From Octopus bimaculoides (taxonomy: Eukaryota), in the NCBI RefSeq assembly GCF_001194135.2, contig NC_068984.1:97574201-97614776 (forward strand): a DNA stretch of 40,576 nt, given 5' to 3'. Of this stretch, positions 22,401-33,015 are shown one piece after another. A model generated the notes under the pieces. The model saw nothing but the letters and a program-made list of their open reading frames with translations, did not search any database and had not been told where the DNA came from. The translations under genes and the position numbers were made by a program. How positions within the stretch are numbered: the stretch's first letter is position 1; every line of letters starts with the position of its first letter.

Positions 22401-22881
22401 CCCCCAATCTCCTACTGACTTTGATCTATGCTTCCATTTTATCTTGAAATTATTCAAATATCGATAAAAATTATCTAGACAACCTAGTTTGCAGTGTATT
22501 TCCCATAAGGATGCACTATTCATAGTAAAAGTCAAGTTGTTCGGAAAAAAATATGAAACACAGTACAACCATCTGCATGATTTAGTAATCGATAATTGTA
22601 TCTGTCATGTGAAAATCGTATCCAGTTTCGTCTGCAAGAGCAAAAACTACACTGGTTCGTAATAGACTTCAAGTACAAGGGGTTTATTCAGGATCTTATC
22701 ATCAGTTACGAAAGTAATCGCACTTTATCTTTTTCTTGAACCATCGCCTCAGATTATACTAACAAGGACATGAAGACTCTAACAAATTTCTTTATTAATA
22801 CTTGGCGCAGATTCTATCATTATCTGCATGTTTACAAAGATTTACTTATTGCTTTCTTCTGCCTCATCAACTGAACGTGCA

Positions 22882-22883
<2 letters not shown>

Positions 22884-22952
<69 letters not shown>

Positions 22953-23340
22953 TGTGTGCGTGTGTGTGTGCGCGCGTGCGCGTGCGTGTGTGAGTTTGTG
23001 TGTCTGTGTTTGTCCCCCCAACATCCCTTGACGACCGATGCTGGTGTGTTTAAGTCCCCGTCACCTAGCGGTTCGGCACGTTCAGTTGATGAGCAGAAGA
23101 CAGCAATAATTAAATCTTTGTAAACTTACAGGTAATAATAAAATCTCCGGCAAATATGAATAAAAAAATTTGTTACAGAGTCTTCATGTCCTTGTTAGTA
23201 TAATCTGAGGTGATGATTCAAGAAAAAGAAAAAGTACTATGCTTACGAAGAATAAGTCCTGGGGTCGATTTGGTCGACTAAAGGCAGTGCTCCAGCATGG
23301 CCGCAGTCAAATGATTGAAACAAATAAAAGAATAAAAGAA
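22884..23340 (+). mobile_element. SINE family 1, (TG)n plus 3' half, interrupted by an inverted copy of the upstream flank
   Basis: SINE sequence runs to ...gcggttcggca and resumes at agtactatgcttacgaagaataagtcctggggtcgat.... The insert 23076-23235 is approximately the reverse complement of 22721-22880. Confidence 0.85.
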
Positions 23341-24305
23341 TTAAGATCCATGTAAGATCATTAATAAAGTGGAACAATCTTGGAGATACAGTTTACGCAA
23401 ATAGGTATTGTACAGCAGTGTTACATATAGCTGTGTAATTAAGGCCATGCTCTATATACTGGTTCTTGGATAGGTAATAAAGCAAATCCAGAGGAGTTGA
23501 ATTATATCTAAGTGAAAAAAGTTTTAGTTAATAATTTCAGAGCATGAGATAATTAAAGATTAAAGCTTGGTTCAATGTGTTCATAGAAATAAGAAAAATG
23601 TAATAATTATTGAGAAAGAATGAAAAATTAAACTAGCAACAAATTTAATGGAATAATTTGTTAATCTGTCTCTGGGTAGACATTTAGATGAACGATTATC
23701 TACAAATTGACTGAAGTTGGTGTAGAGATTAAAACCGGAGCGTACGATACAAATCATGTAGGCATTATAAAAAGTGTCTGGAAGAAAATATATCCTAGAT
23801 TTCTGTATCAGAAGATGGTGTTAGGCACAATTAAAGTTGATATAAAAGTGTACTGTTAGAAAAATATAAGAGGAACGCAAAATCTCCTTAAACTGGAAAA
23901 TACATTTTTGACTTACATGTGGAAAGGCATGTGAATCTAAACTAAATTTGGGTTGGGCGTGGACATTTAATGTTCAGAAAAGATAGTAAAAAGCTTTTCT
24001 CAAGAATTATATGAAAACTTGATCGGAGTCATTGCATATTCGGTATTAATGTATACAACAATTATTTTATAATCACTTTAGTGTTTGTTAACACATTAGC
24101 TAACATGTGAGGTTAACATATTCATTACTGAATCAATTTGTAAAACATTTCAGATATTATAATGACAAGGAAAAGAATTCACCCATTTTTTTGAATAGTT
24201 TATCGTAGGAGGAACATTTGTTATTTTTAAATACTGATGTAAATGATTTTAGATGAAACACTTATTTTTCTTTAATTTATGCAATTGATCATGTTTATTA
24301 AGGAT

Positions 24306-24340
24306 TATATAAAGAACTCTTCTAAGACGTTTGTCAAACT
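24306..24340 (+). promoter_or_regulatory. Candidate core promoter: TATA box and initiator-like TCA
   Basis: TATATAAAG at 24306-24314. TCA has its A at 24336, 30 nt after the TATA start, and the ATG of the signal-peptide exon is 77 nt further on. Confidence 0.45.
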
Positions 24341-24412
24341 TGTCCTTGTTTCGGAAAACAACAGTCATCAATCTCCCAGGAGCTGAAAGAAAGCATAAAG
24401 CAACTGACCATC

Positions 24413-24470
24413 ATGCTGTACCAACTGTTACTAGTAATAGTAGCTATTTCATGCGTGAACAGCTACAACT
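24413..24470 (+). CDS. First coding exon (signal peptide) of the secreted pacifastin/VWC-like repeat protein
   Basis: accatcATG, then MLYQLLLVIVAISCVNSYN plus one T, then donor GTAAGT at 24471. The hydrophobic core and small-residue cleavage region fit a signal peptide. The phase-1 end joins the phase-1 acceptor at 28198 (T+AC = Tyr) in frame. Confidence 0.75.
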
Positions 24471-24757
24471 GTAAGTAAATTATACTGCTCCACATTGTTC
24501 ATTTCTGGTACATTCTGGTTAGTTATTTAGTTAAATCTATAAACGATTGTATTATTAAAATTCATTTTCACATTACATATATACATACATATATTTGTGT
24601 GTGTGTATGTGTGTGTGTGTGTGTGTGTGTAAAATTAAGAAAGAGAGAAACAAATTTCAAAGGTCGGTATTCATATTCATTCATTCCATTTCAAATTGTC
24701 GAAGTTCTCCACAATATACGTAGATGCATTCACATATATGAAATGGTAAAAATTCAT

Positions 24758-24908
24758 AAGAATTTATAAATATATAAATATACGAAGATTTATAAATATA
24801 TAAATATACAAAGATTTATAAATATATAAATATACGAAGATTTATAAATATATAAATATACGAAGATTTATAAATATATAAATATACGAAGATTTATAAA
24901 TATATAAA
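24758..24908. repeat. 26-bp AT-rich minisatellite, about 5.8 copies
   Basis: Unit gaagatttataaatatataaatatac. Confidence 0.92.
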
Positions 24909-25033
24909 ACTCATAAACATATAAATATATAAATACATAGATGTACTTGCGAGATTGATTGTCCGTATTAGAATCAATGAGGATAGATGAGAATGTATAA
25001 AATGATTTAAGAGGAATCCTGAATAAGTGAAAA

Positions 25034-25110
25034 GTCTGACGGCCGTTTCGGGAAGATATAAGCTGGTATGGGCGAGCTAGCTTCAACCATAGCAATCACC
25101 TCTACAGAGT
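25034..25110 (-). ncRNA. Hammerhead-like motif with extended helix II (A6U variant, weak helix I)
   Basis: ACT-CTGTAGA-GG...tatgg...ccata...CC(C)-GAA-ACGGCCGT-C-AGAC. Helix III is an 8-nt palindrome followed by C17, but helix I has only 2 bp. Confidence 0.5.
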
Positions 25111-25721
25111 TAAAAGATTTAAAGAGTTGTTAAAATTTTAAGAGACATGAAAGATTTGAGAATTTTTAAAAAACAAATGCTTTGTCAGCTCATACTGTTC
25201 ATGCGGATGATATAATAAGGATTAAAGTTAAATGTTAAGACACATTACGACGCTATATATAATAGAATTTTAAGATGAAACCAAAATATGAAGGGTGACT
25301 AGATTAAAATCCTATAGGCTAATTATTTTGGGGGAAGAATTTATAAGTTGAAAGATATTTATGTCTACAGGTAATTATGACATGAGATATCTTAGACTGA
25401 ATTCTTTATTGTACATTTTTAATTTTTTGATGTGGGTAGCATGAGATTATATATATGTATGCATATATGTATGTATATATANNNNNNNNNNNNNNNNNNN
25501 NNNNNNNNNNNNNNNNNNNNNNNNNNNNNNNNNNNNNNNNNNNNNNNNNNNNNNNNNNNNNNNNNNNNNNNNNNNNNNNNNNNNNNNNNNNNNNNNNNNN
25601 NNNNNNNNNNNNNNNNNNNNNNNNNNNNNNNNNNNNNNNNNNNNNNNNNNNNNNNNNNNNNNNNNNNNNNNNNNNTATATATATATATATGTATGTATGT
25701 ATGTATGTGTGTATGTTCATA

Positions 25722-26010
25722 TGTATGGCCAAGTGGTAAAGAAGCTTGCTTTACAACCAGTGGTTTCGGGTTCAGTCCCACATGGCGGTACCCAAGACAA
25801 GTGTTTTTTACAAATCATTGGTTGACCAATGACCTTTGATGAATTTTGTAGACGGAAACTATGTACAAGCCCACTGTATATATTTATGTATGCATGTGTA
25901 TTCACCATCACTTGACAACGTCCCCATAAGTTAGTGAATCGGCAAAAGAGTCGATATAAGTACCCGACTTAGAAATAATACTGGAGTCGATTTGTTCAAT
26001 TAAACCTGTC
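25722..26010 (+). mobile_element. Older, diverged copy of SINE family 1
   Basis: tggccaagtggtaaagaagcttgc...gggttcagtccca...gtagacggaaact...catcacttgacaac...aatcggcaaaagagtcgat...gtcgatttgttc. Confidence 0.75.
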
Positions 26011-26041
26011 TTATATATTACGATTAAAACCCGAATATCTG

Positions 26042-26042
<1 letters not shown>

Positions 26043-26083
<41 letters not shown>

Positions 26084-26345
26084 CGCACACACACACACAT
26101 ATTTGTTAAACCTTGTCCCTCCTGTGTTTTCTTTTTGTGTATATATTTGTATTTATGTGTGTGTATGTGTGTGTGCGTGCCTTTATATTTATGTATGTCT
26201 GTATGTATATGTTTTTTTTCTTTGAGTTTCATGTATGTATGCATGTATGTATGTATGTATGTATGTATGTGTGTGTGTGTGTGTTTGTGTGTGCGTCTGT
26301 GTGTCTGTGTGTGTGTGTGTCTGTGTGTCTGTGTGTATCTGTGTA
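26043..26345. repeat. Compound (TG)n/(TATG)n tract
   Basis: Direct observation. Confidence 0.9.
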
Positions 26346-27143
26346 TTATGTACATCCCCAGAAATGCTGTAATAAATATTTACATATCTAAGTAAGAAAA
26401 AGCCCAATACCTCAGGTCATAATATTCGTAGCATCTCTTGCTTTTGATGAAGATCTAAGCAAGATGCTTCCCCATACGATTTGTAACCAGTTTTACGTTA
26501 AAATTCACAGTTCCACAACATATAATCACAAAGTTCTACAAATATTTGTACTCAATGCTGCATTGCCCAAATTTCAAAGACCAAATGAACGAGTTTTATC
26601 CTGAGATTCTGTAATAAGAATTTCTGAATTTGGCAACACTCTATCAACTACCATTTAAAAATTAACGCGATAAATAACTGTACCTAATTAATTAAGAAAT
26701 TCTTTCATCATCGAATATTGTTATTTCTTTTTAAATACTTTCAATTTTTCTAATAATCCTATTTTAAATATAAATATAGGCATTGAAGTATGGATACTTT
26801 ATGTTTGCTTGATATCGATGAATAAATCTGCACTTAATTTTAAAATAATCCGTAATGAGAGCTGCAAAACAATAGATATTAAAATAAAGCAGTTGTATAT
26901 TATATACATGAAAATTAAGAGCTGAGCACAACAGTGGTGTTTCCTGTCAGCTGACCTGTTTTAATTATAAAGTGAAATGTTTATGCGAGATGATCAATAA
27001 TAATTGAGCAGGTTAAGGACAAAGCATTAGCAACATTCATCATGCAGCTACACAGCTTCATTCCAACAACACAAACATACCTGTTAATGCTACTAAGTAA
27101 GAATGAGAATGTAATGAAATATCTGGGTCTTAACAGAAAAGCA

Positions 27144-27470
27144 GTGGTTCATTTTGTTTGGAAAAAGAGGAAAAATCCAATTAAATCCAATTAGATCGGG
27201 TATTATTAAGTAAATGCATGATCAGAAAGAAAGGTTAGATAGTGATCCATAACGAAAGAAAACGGATTCTAGCAGTTCCAAAGTTGGACAAATACTGTTC
27301 AACTTTGGAACTGTTAGTATTTATCCAACTTTGGAAGTGCAAGCATCCATTTACCTTCGCCGTGGATAACTATCGAACCATTCTCTCTGATCATGGATTT
27401 ACCTAAGGAATACCCGATGTAAATGGATTTAATGGGATTTTTCCTCCTTTTCTTAGACATTATGAACCAC
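27144..27470. repeat. ~325-bp intronic fold-back inverted duplication
   Basis: Arm 27144-27296 matches the reverse complement of arm 27316-27470 at roughly 80% by eye. A nested 21-bp hairpin lies at 27269-27289/27297-27317. Confidence 0.88.
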
Positions 27471-27515
27471 AACAATAATTGATGAGGAACATCCTTCCGC
27501 CGTAACATATGTTTA

Positions 27516-27519
<4 letters not shown>

Positions 27520-27612
<93 letters not shown>
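27520..27612. repeat. (CT)n microsatellite
   Basis: Direct observation. Confidence 0.97.
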
Positions 27613-27614
<2 letters not shown>

Positions 27615-27693
27615 ATGACAGTATACTCAGCATATGAAACCTTCGCTAGACATGTTCCAATAGATGGTATAACCTAGAAACAGCTGTCACGGA
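27607..27693 (+). ncRNA. Degenerate hammerhead-like motif with long helix II (U4C)
   Basis: TCTCT-CCGATGA-CAGTATAC...GTATAACCTA-GAA-ACAGCTGT-C-ACGGA. The 8-nt palindromic helix III and C17 are present, and helices I and II are imperfect. Confidence 0.35.
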
Positions 27694-28025
27694 AAATTTA
27701 AAGTTTTTGTTGCACAGCTAAAATAAAAATTCTTGTCACGCATTGACAAACAGCTTGTCTTTTCTACTTTAAACTGTAACTACCGACTCAAGGAGAAGTC
27801 ACTTCTAGCGGCTTCGGATAAGGCAGTCACTAAATCACACTTTCCACGGCAGTTCAAAACGGAATGTTAGGGTATATATATATATATGTATATATGTATG
27901 TATAAATCTTTAGTATGGAAAACAGAAAGTAAACGTACCGGATTCTGTCATTAAGAAGCATAAAATTTAAAGAATAATTGAAATAAATTCTTGTAATGTC
28001 AGACGTTGAAGTTGATATAGTGCAT

Positions 28026-28090
28026 GTATGTATGTATGTATGTATGTATGTATGTATGCATGTATGTATGTATGTATGTATGTATGTATG
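28026..28090. repeat. (TGTA)n microsatellite
   Basis: Direct observation. Confidence 0.93.
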
Positions 28091-28197
28091 GGTGTACGTA
28101 TATGAGAAATTACCTTGGAATATAAATATTCAATTTGCAGTAGAAAACATTGTTGTGGTTAATTGAAATAACTATTTACTGTTGATCTTTTTTACAG

Positions 28198-28323
28198 ACC
28201 AATGCATACATAATGGAATAAGATATGAAGGAGCATTTAAGATCGACTGCAACACGTGTGTATGTGAGGAATATGGCAAAGCAGTCTGTACAAATTTACG
28301 TTGTGATTATGGACAGGGATCTA
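28198..28323 (+). CDS. Second coding exon, 5' part (first six-Cys module), running into a gap
   Basis: Polypyrimidine tract plus tttttttacag acceptor. Reads (Y)QCIHNGIRYEGAFKIDCNTCVCEEYGKAVCTNLRCDYGQGS. Confidence 0.82.
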
Positions 28324-28738
28324 NNNNNNNNNNNNNNNNNNNNNNNNNNNNNNNNNNNNNNNNNNNNNNNNNNNNNNNNNNNNNNNNNNNNNNNNNNNNN
28401 NNNNNNNNNNNNNNNNNNNNNNNNNNNNNNNNNNNNNNNNNNNNNNNNNNNNNNNNNNNNNNNNNNNNNNNNNNNNNNNNNNNNNNNNNNNNNNNNNNNN
28501 NNNNNNNNNNNNNNNNNNNNNNNNNNNNNNNNNNNNNNNNNNNNNNNNNNNNNNNNNNNNNNNNNNNNNNNNNNNNNNNNNNNNNNNNNNNNNNNNNNNN
28601 NNNNNNNNNNNNNNNNNNNNNNNNNNNNNNNNNNNNNNNNNNNNNNNNNNNNNNNNNNNNNNNNNNNNNNNNNNNNNNNNNNNNNNNNNNNNNNNNNNNN
28701 NNNNNNNNNNNNNNNNNNNNNNNNNNNNNNNNNNNNNN

Positions 28739-30292
28739 CAATATCAAGAGGGTCAAAATTTCGCTGATGCTTGCAACACTTGCCGTTGTATAAACGGTCA
28801 AGTAGATTGTACAACAAGAATCTGTCAATGTACATATCAAGGACGAACCTATAATATTGGCCAAAGATTTGGTGAATGTGATGAATGCCAATGTTTGTCT
28901 AGTGGCACAGTCCAGTGTTCTAACAAGCCATGTAAATGCATTTATAACGGAAATACCTACCGAATTGGCGAAAGATTTGCAAACGGCTGCAATACATGCA
29001 CATGTAAAATCGATGGTAGTGTAGACTGCACTACAAATCCATGTACCTGTACTTACAATCATAGGGTTTATAATATTGGGCAGAAATTTAACGATGACTG
29101 CAATACTTGTACATGTCAAATTAACGGTCAAATTGAGTGCACATATAAAACGTGTCGATGTACACACAAAGGACAAACTTATAAAATTGGTCAGAGATTT
29201 CATGAAGATTGTAACCAATGCCAATGTTTATCAACTGGATATGTTCAATGTACAACCAAAGCTTGCAAATGTACGTACAACAACCAGATTTACAATGTAG
29301 GTCAAAAATTTAGACAGGGTTGTAATACATGTACGTGTGAAGTGAACGGTAGAGTAAGCTGTACTAATAACCCTTGTAATTGCCTTTACAATGGAAACAC
29401 CTACCAAATAAGTGCTACATTTAGAAAAGACTGTAATACGTGCACATGTAAAGCCGATGGAAGTGTAGACTGCACGACAAATCCATGTACCTGTACTTAC
29501 AAAACCAGAGTTTATAATTTCGGAGCACAATTCAACGATGACTGCAACACTTGTACATGTCAAAATAACGGTCAAGTTGAGTGCACATATAAAACGTGTC
29601 GATGTACACACAAAGGACAAACTTATCAAATTGGTCAGAAATTTTATGAAGATTGTAACCAATGCCAATGTTTATCAACTGGATATGTCCAATGTACAAC
29701 CAAAGTTTGCAAATGTACTTACAACAACCAGATTTACAATGTAGGTCAAACATTTAGACAGGGTTGTAATAGATGTACGTGTGAAGTGAACGGGAGAGTA
29801 AGCTGTACTAATAACCCATGTCAATGCCTTTACAATGGAAACACCTACCGAATCGGAGATTCATTTAGAAAAGGCTGCAATACATGCACTTGTAAAATCG
29901 ATGGTAGAGTAGAGTGCACAACAAATCTATGCACCTGCAATTACAACGGCAAGCATTACGACATTGGTTCTATATGGTTTAATGATTGCAACAAATGTCA
30001 GTGCACTTCTGGAGGAAGAGCGGTTTGTGAACAGAAACCATGCACGAAACCCTGTATACACAAAGGAAATACATATTCCGCTGGCCAAACATTTAAAGAT
30101 GACTGCAACACCTGTAGATGCGGACAGTTTGGTCGAGTATCCTGTACTAAAATGTACTGTCCCCCAACCACGTGCCAATATTACGGAAAAACTTACAAAG
30201 AGGGACAAACATTTATGACTCAAGATAGATGCAACGTTTGTCGATGTTCAAATGGAAATGTCAAGTGTACCAAATACGATTGTTATAAACAG
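28739..30292 (+). CDS. Tandem pacifastin-like / VWC-like six-cysteine repeat region of a secreted protein (14 modules after the gap)
   Basis: Open frame from the gap edge with no stops. The ~37-aa unit is C-x-Y-x-G-x2-Y-x2-G-x2-F-x3-C-N-x-C-x-C-x3-G-x3-C-T-x3-C, and its C-terminal part matches the pacifastin signature C-N-x-C-x-C-x2-3-G-x3-4-C-T-x3-C. It ends at the consensus donor CAG|GTGAGT (phase 0); read-through would stop at 30311-30313. Confidence 0.92.
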
Positions 30293-32006
30293 GTGAGTAA
30301 AGTTTTCTATTAGTTTTGATCTCCCTAATATCACCAGTCTTATCCCGATATAATTACGCATCATAAACAGATACAAAATAACAAGGAATTAAGTAATATT
30401 TAGCGTAAGAACTGGAATTCTGTCACTGTACTATATTTATGCAACCAACAAAAACTGGTATCAGTGATTCGATTTTGATCTTCATTTGAACTAGTTCATT
30501 TTATTGACACTACCATTATCATGAAGAGATCCAGTGTCTCCTTATTTGTAAACATGAGATTTGTATATATGCGTATAGTTAATAATTCATATGGAAGTAA
30601 ATTATTTACTTTCAATATTTCAACTCACTTTATTGCTCTTTTTGTGAAACCAGTAGACTATCTTTCACATTACGTTACCATTGTACGAATCATTGCGTTA
30701 CAGATTTGCAAAATTTACGATATATTGTCTCACGTTTCAGCATAAAGTTCGTGAGCGAGTGAGTTGGAGTTTTCTGTTTATTATTGCGCCTGGTGAAATA
30801 TCTATACTTTGTTGTAAGATAATATAATATTTATTGAATCTAATATACACTTTTTAAGTAGAAATTTCACTCTGTAGTTAGTCTATGTAATTGTTTTTAA
30901 TTTGTATACAAAATATGTATGTCCAATCTGATAAATATATTAATTTCTTGTAATTNNNNNNNNNNNNNNNNNNNNNNNNNNNNNNNNNNNNNNNNNNNNN
31001 NNNNNNNNNNNNNNNNNNNNNNNNNNNNNNNNNNNNNNNNNNNNNNNNNNNNNNNNNNNNNNNNNNNNNNNNNNNNNNNNNNNNNNNNNNNNNNNNNNNN
31101 NNNNNNNNNNNNNNNNNNNNNNNNNNNNNNNNNNNNNNNNNNNNNNNNNNNNNNNNNNNNNNNNNNNNNNNNNNNNNNNNNNNNNNNNNNNNNNNNNNNN
31201 NNNNNNNNNNNNNNNNNNNNNNNNNNNNNNNNNNNNNNNNNNNNNNNNNNNNNNNNNNNNNNNNNNNNNNNNNNNNNNNNNNNNNNNNNNNNNNNNNNNN
31301 NNNNNNNNNNNNNNNNNNNNNNNNNNNNNNNNNNNNNNNNNNNNNNNNNNNNNNNNNNNNNNNNNNNNNNNNNNNNNNNNNNNNNNNNNNNNNNNNNNNN
31401 NNNNNNNNNNNNNNNNNNNNNNNNNNNNNNNNNNNNNNNNNNNNNNNNNNATAACGAAGTTATCCATTTGAATATCTGGGATGAAAAATATTTCAATACT
31501 TCAATACTTGAATGATTGTGCTAAAAATTATATTCTGCACCTTATAAAAACATAAATAATCTTTCTTTTAAATTCTGGGACAAAGCCAGTAATGTTGAGG
31601 TGAGGGGCAAATTGATTACACAGACCGCAATATTTGATTGGTACTTTATTTTATCGACCCTGGAAAGACAAAGTAAATTTGGTCAAATTATTTCTGGATT
31701 GTTGAAAGAATCTTGTATTTAATATTTCGAAAATTGCAAGTCAGGAGCTAATGAACGAGAATAAGGAACATCCATAACAACAACACGGCAATAGTTTCAT
31801 AACAAACATAAAACTGAGCAGAATAAGAAACATTGATGAAGAGCTGGAAACGTATTGTTCCAGATTAACTTGGAAATCACAAACATTGTGATTAAAAGTG
31901 GAACCTGTCACGTTTTCAGTAATTCGAGCTGCCCATAAAATACACACACACATACAGACAGACACATACACATATACATGCGTATATATATATTAGTATG
32001 AATTTG

Positions 32007-32007
32007 T

Positions 32008-32045
<38 letters not shown>

Positions 32046-32060
32046 CTAGTAGTAGTAGTA
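32007..32060. repeat. (AGT)n microsatellite
   Basis: Direct observation. Confidence 0.9.
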
Positions 32061-33015
32061 TCATAGATACGAGCAACTTAACATTAAAAAATACTTCTAG
32101 CTTATGCTGGCAAACTTAACATGCATGCATAGAAACAAATATACCTAAATAAATACTTACATATAGGCATATATATATTTGTATGTATATGTATGTATAT
32201 ATATATATATNNNNNNNNNNNNNNNNNNNNNNNNNNNNNNNNNNNNNNNNNNNNNNNNNNNNNNNNNNNNNNNNNNNNNNNNNNNNNNNNNNNNNNNNNN
32301 NNNNNNNNNNNNNNNNNNNNNNNNNNNNNNNNNNNNNNNNNNNNNNNNNNNNNNNNNNNNNNNNNNNNNNNNNNNNNNNNNNNNNNNNNNNNNNNNNNNN
32401 NNNNNNNNNNNNNNNNNNNNNNNNNNNNNNNNNNNNNNNNNNNNNNNNNNNNNNNNNNNNNNNNNNNNNNNNNNNNNNNNNNNNNNNNNNNNNNNNNNNN
32501 NNNNNNNNNNNNNNNNNNNNNNNNNNNNNNNNNNNNNNNNNNNNNNNNNNNNNNNNNNNNNNNNNNNNNNNNNNNNNNNNNNNNNNNNNNNNNNNNNNNN
32601 NNNNNNNNNNNNNNNNNNNNNNNNNNNNNNNNNNNNNNNNNNNNNNNNNNNNNNNNNNNNNNNNNNNNNNNNNNNNNNNNNNNNNNNNNNNNNNNNNNNN
32701 NNNNNNNNNNNNNNNNNNNNNNNNNNNNNNNNNNNNNNNNNNNNNNNNNNNNNNNNNNNNNNNNNNNNNNNNNNNNNNNNNNNNNNNNNNNNNNNNNNNN
32801 NNNNNNNNNNNNNNNNNNNNNNNNNNNNNNNNNNNNNNNNNNNNNNNNNNNNNNNNNNNNNNNNNNNNNNNNNNNNNNNNNNNNNNNNNNNNNNNNNNNN
32901 NNNNNNNNNNNNNNNNNNNNNNNNNNNNNNNNNNNNNNNNNNNNNNNNNNNNNNNNNNNNNNNNNNNNNNNNNNNNNNNNNNNNNNNNNNNNNNNNNNNN
33001 NNNNNNNNNNNNNNC

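Noticed and set aside
22616-22711. Minus-strand CTGATGA...GAAAC hammerhead candidate next to the inverted duplication
   Set aside because: The core 5' half is perfect and a partial helix I exists, but helix II does not close and there is no A-U/NUH helix III. It is too degenerate to call.
23600-23970. Possible decayed L1-like C-terminal fragment (FLTYMWKG...GLG)
   Set aside because: A single short motif interrupted by stops is insufficient support.
24758-24908. CRISPR-like array
   Set aside because: Contiguous 26-bp units with no unique spacers in a eukaryotic intron make this an ordinary minisatellite.
14518-26010. tRNA genes
   Set aside because: The A/B-box-like sequences are SINE heads and do not fold into complete cloverleaves.
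28182-28793. Frameshift in the pacifastin-like gene across the gap
   Set aside because: The N-run length is an estimate and may hide an intron, so a frame change across it is not evidence of pseudogenisation.
28307-30223. Antisense and alternate-frame ORFs over the Cys-repeat exon (e.g. 28307-29224, 29231-29668)
   Set aside because: These are shadow ORFs of the repetitive coding strand with no independent motifs.
31833-31854. Hammerhead-like TTGATGAAGAGCTGGAAACGTA
   Set aside because: C3 is missing, helix II cannot form with a viable loop, and there is no helix I.
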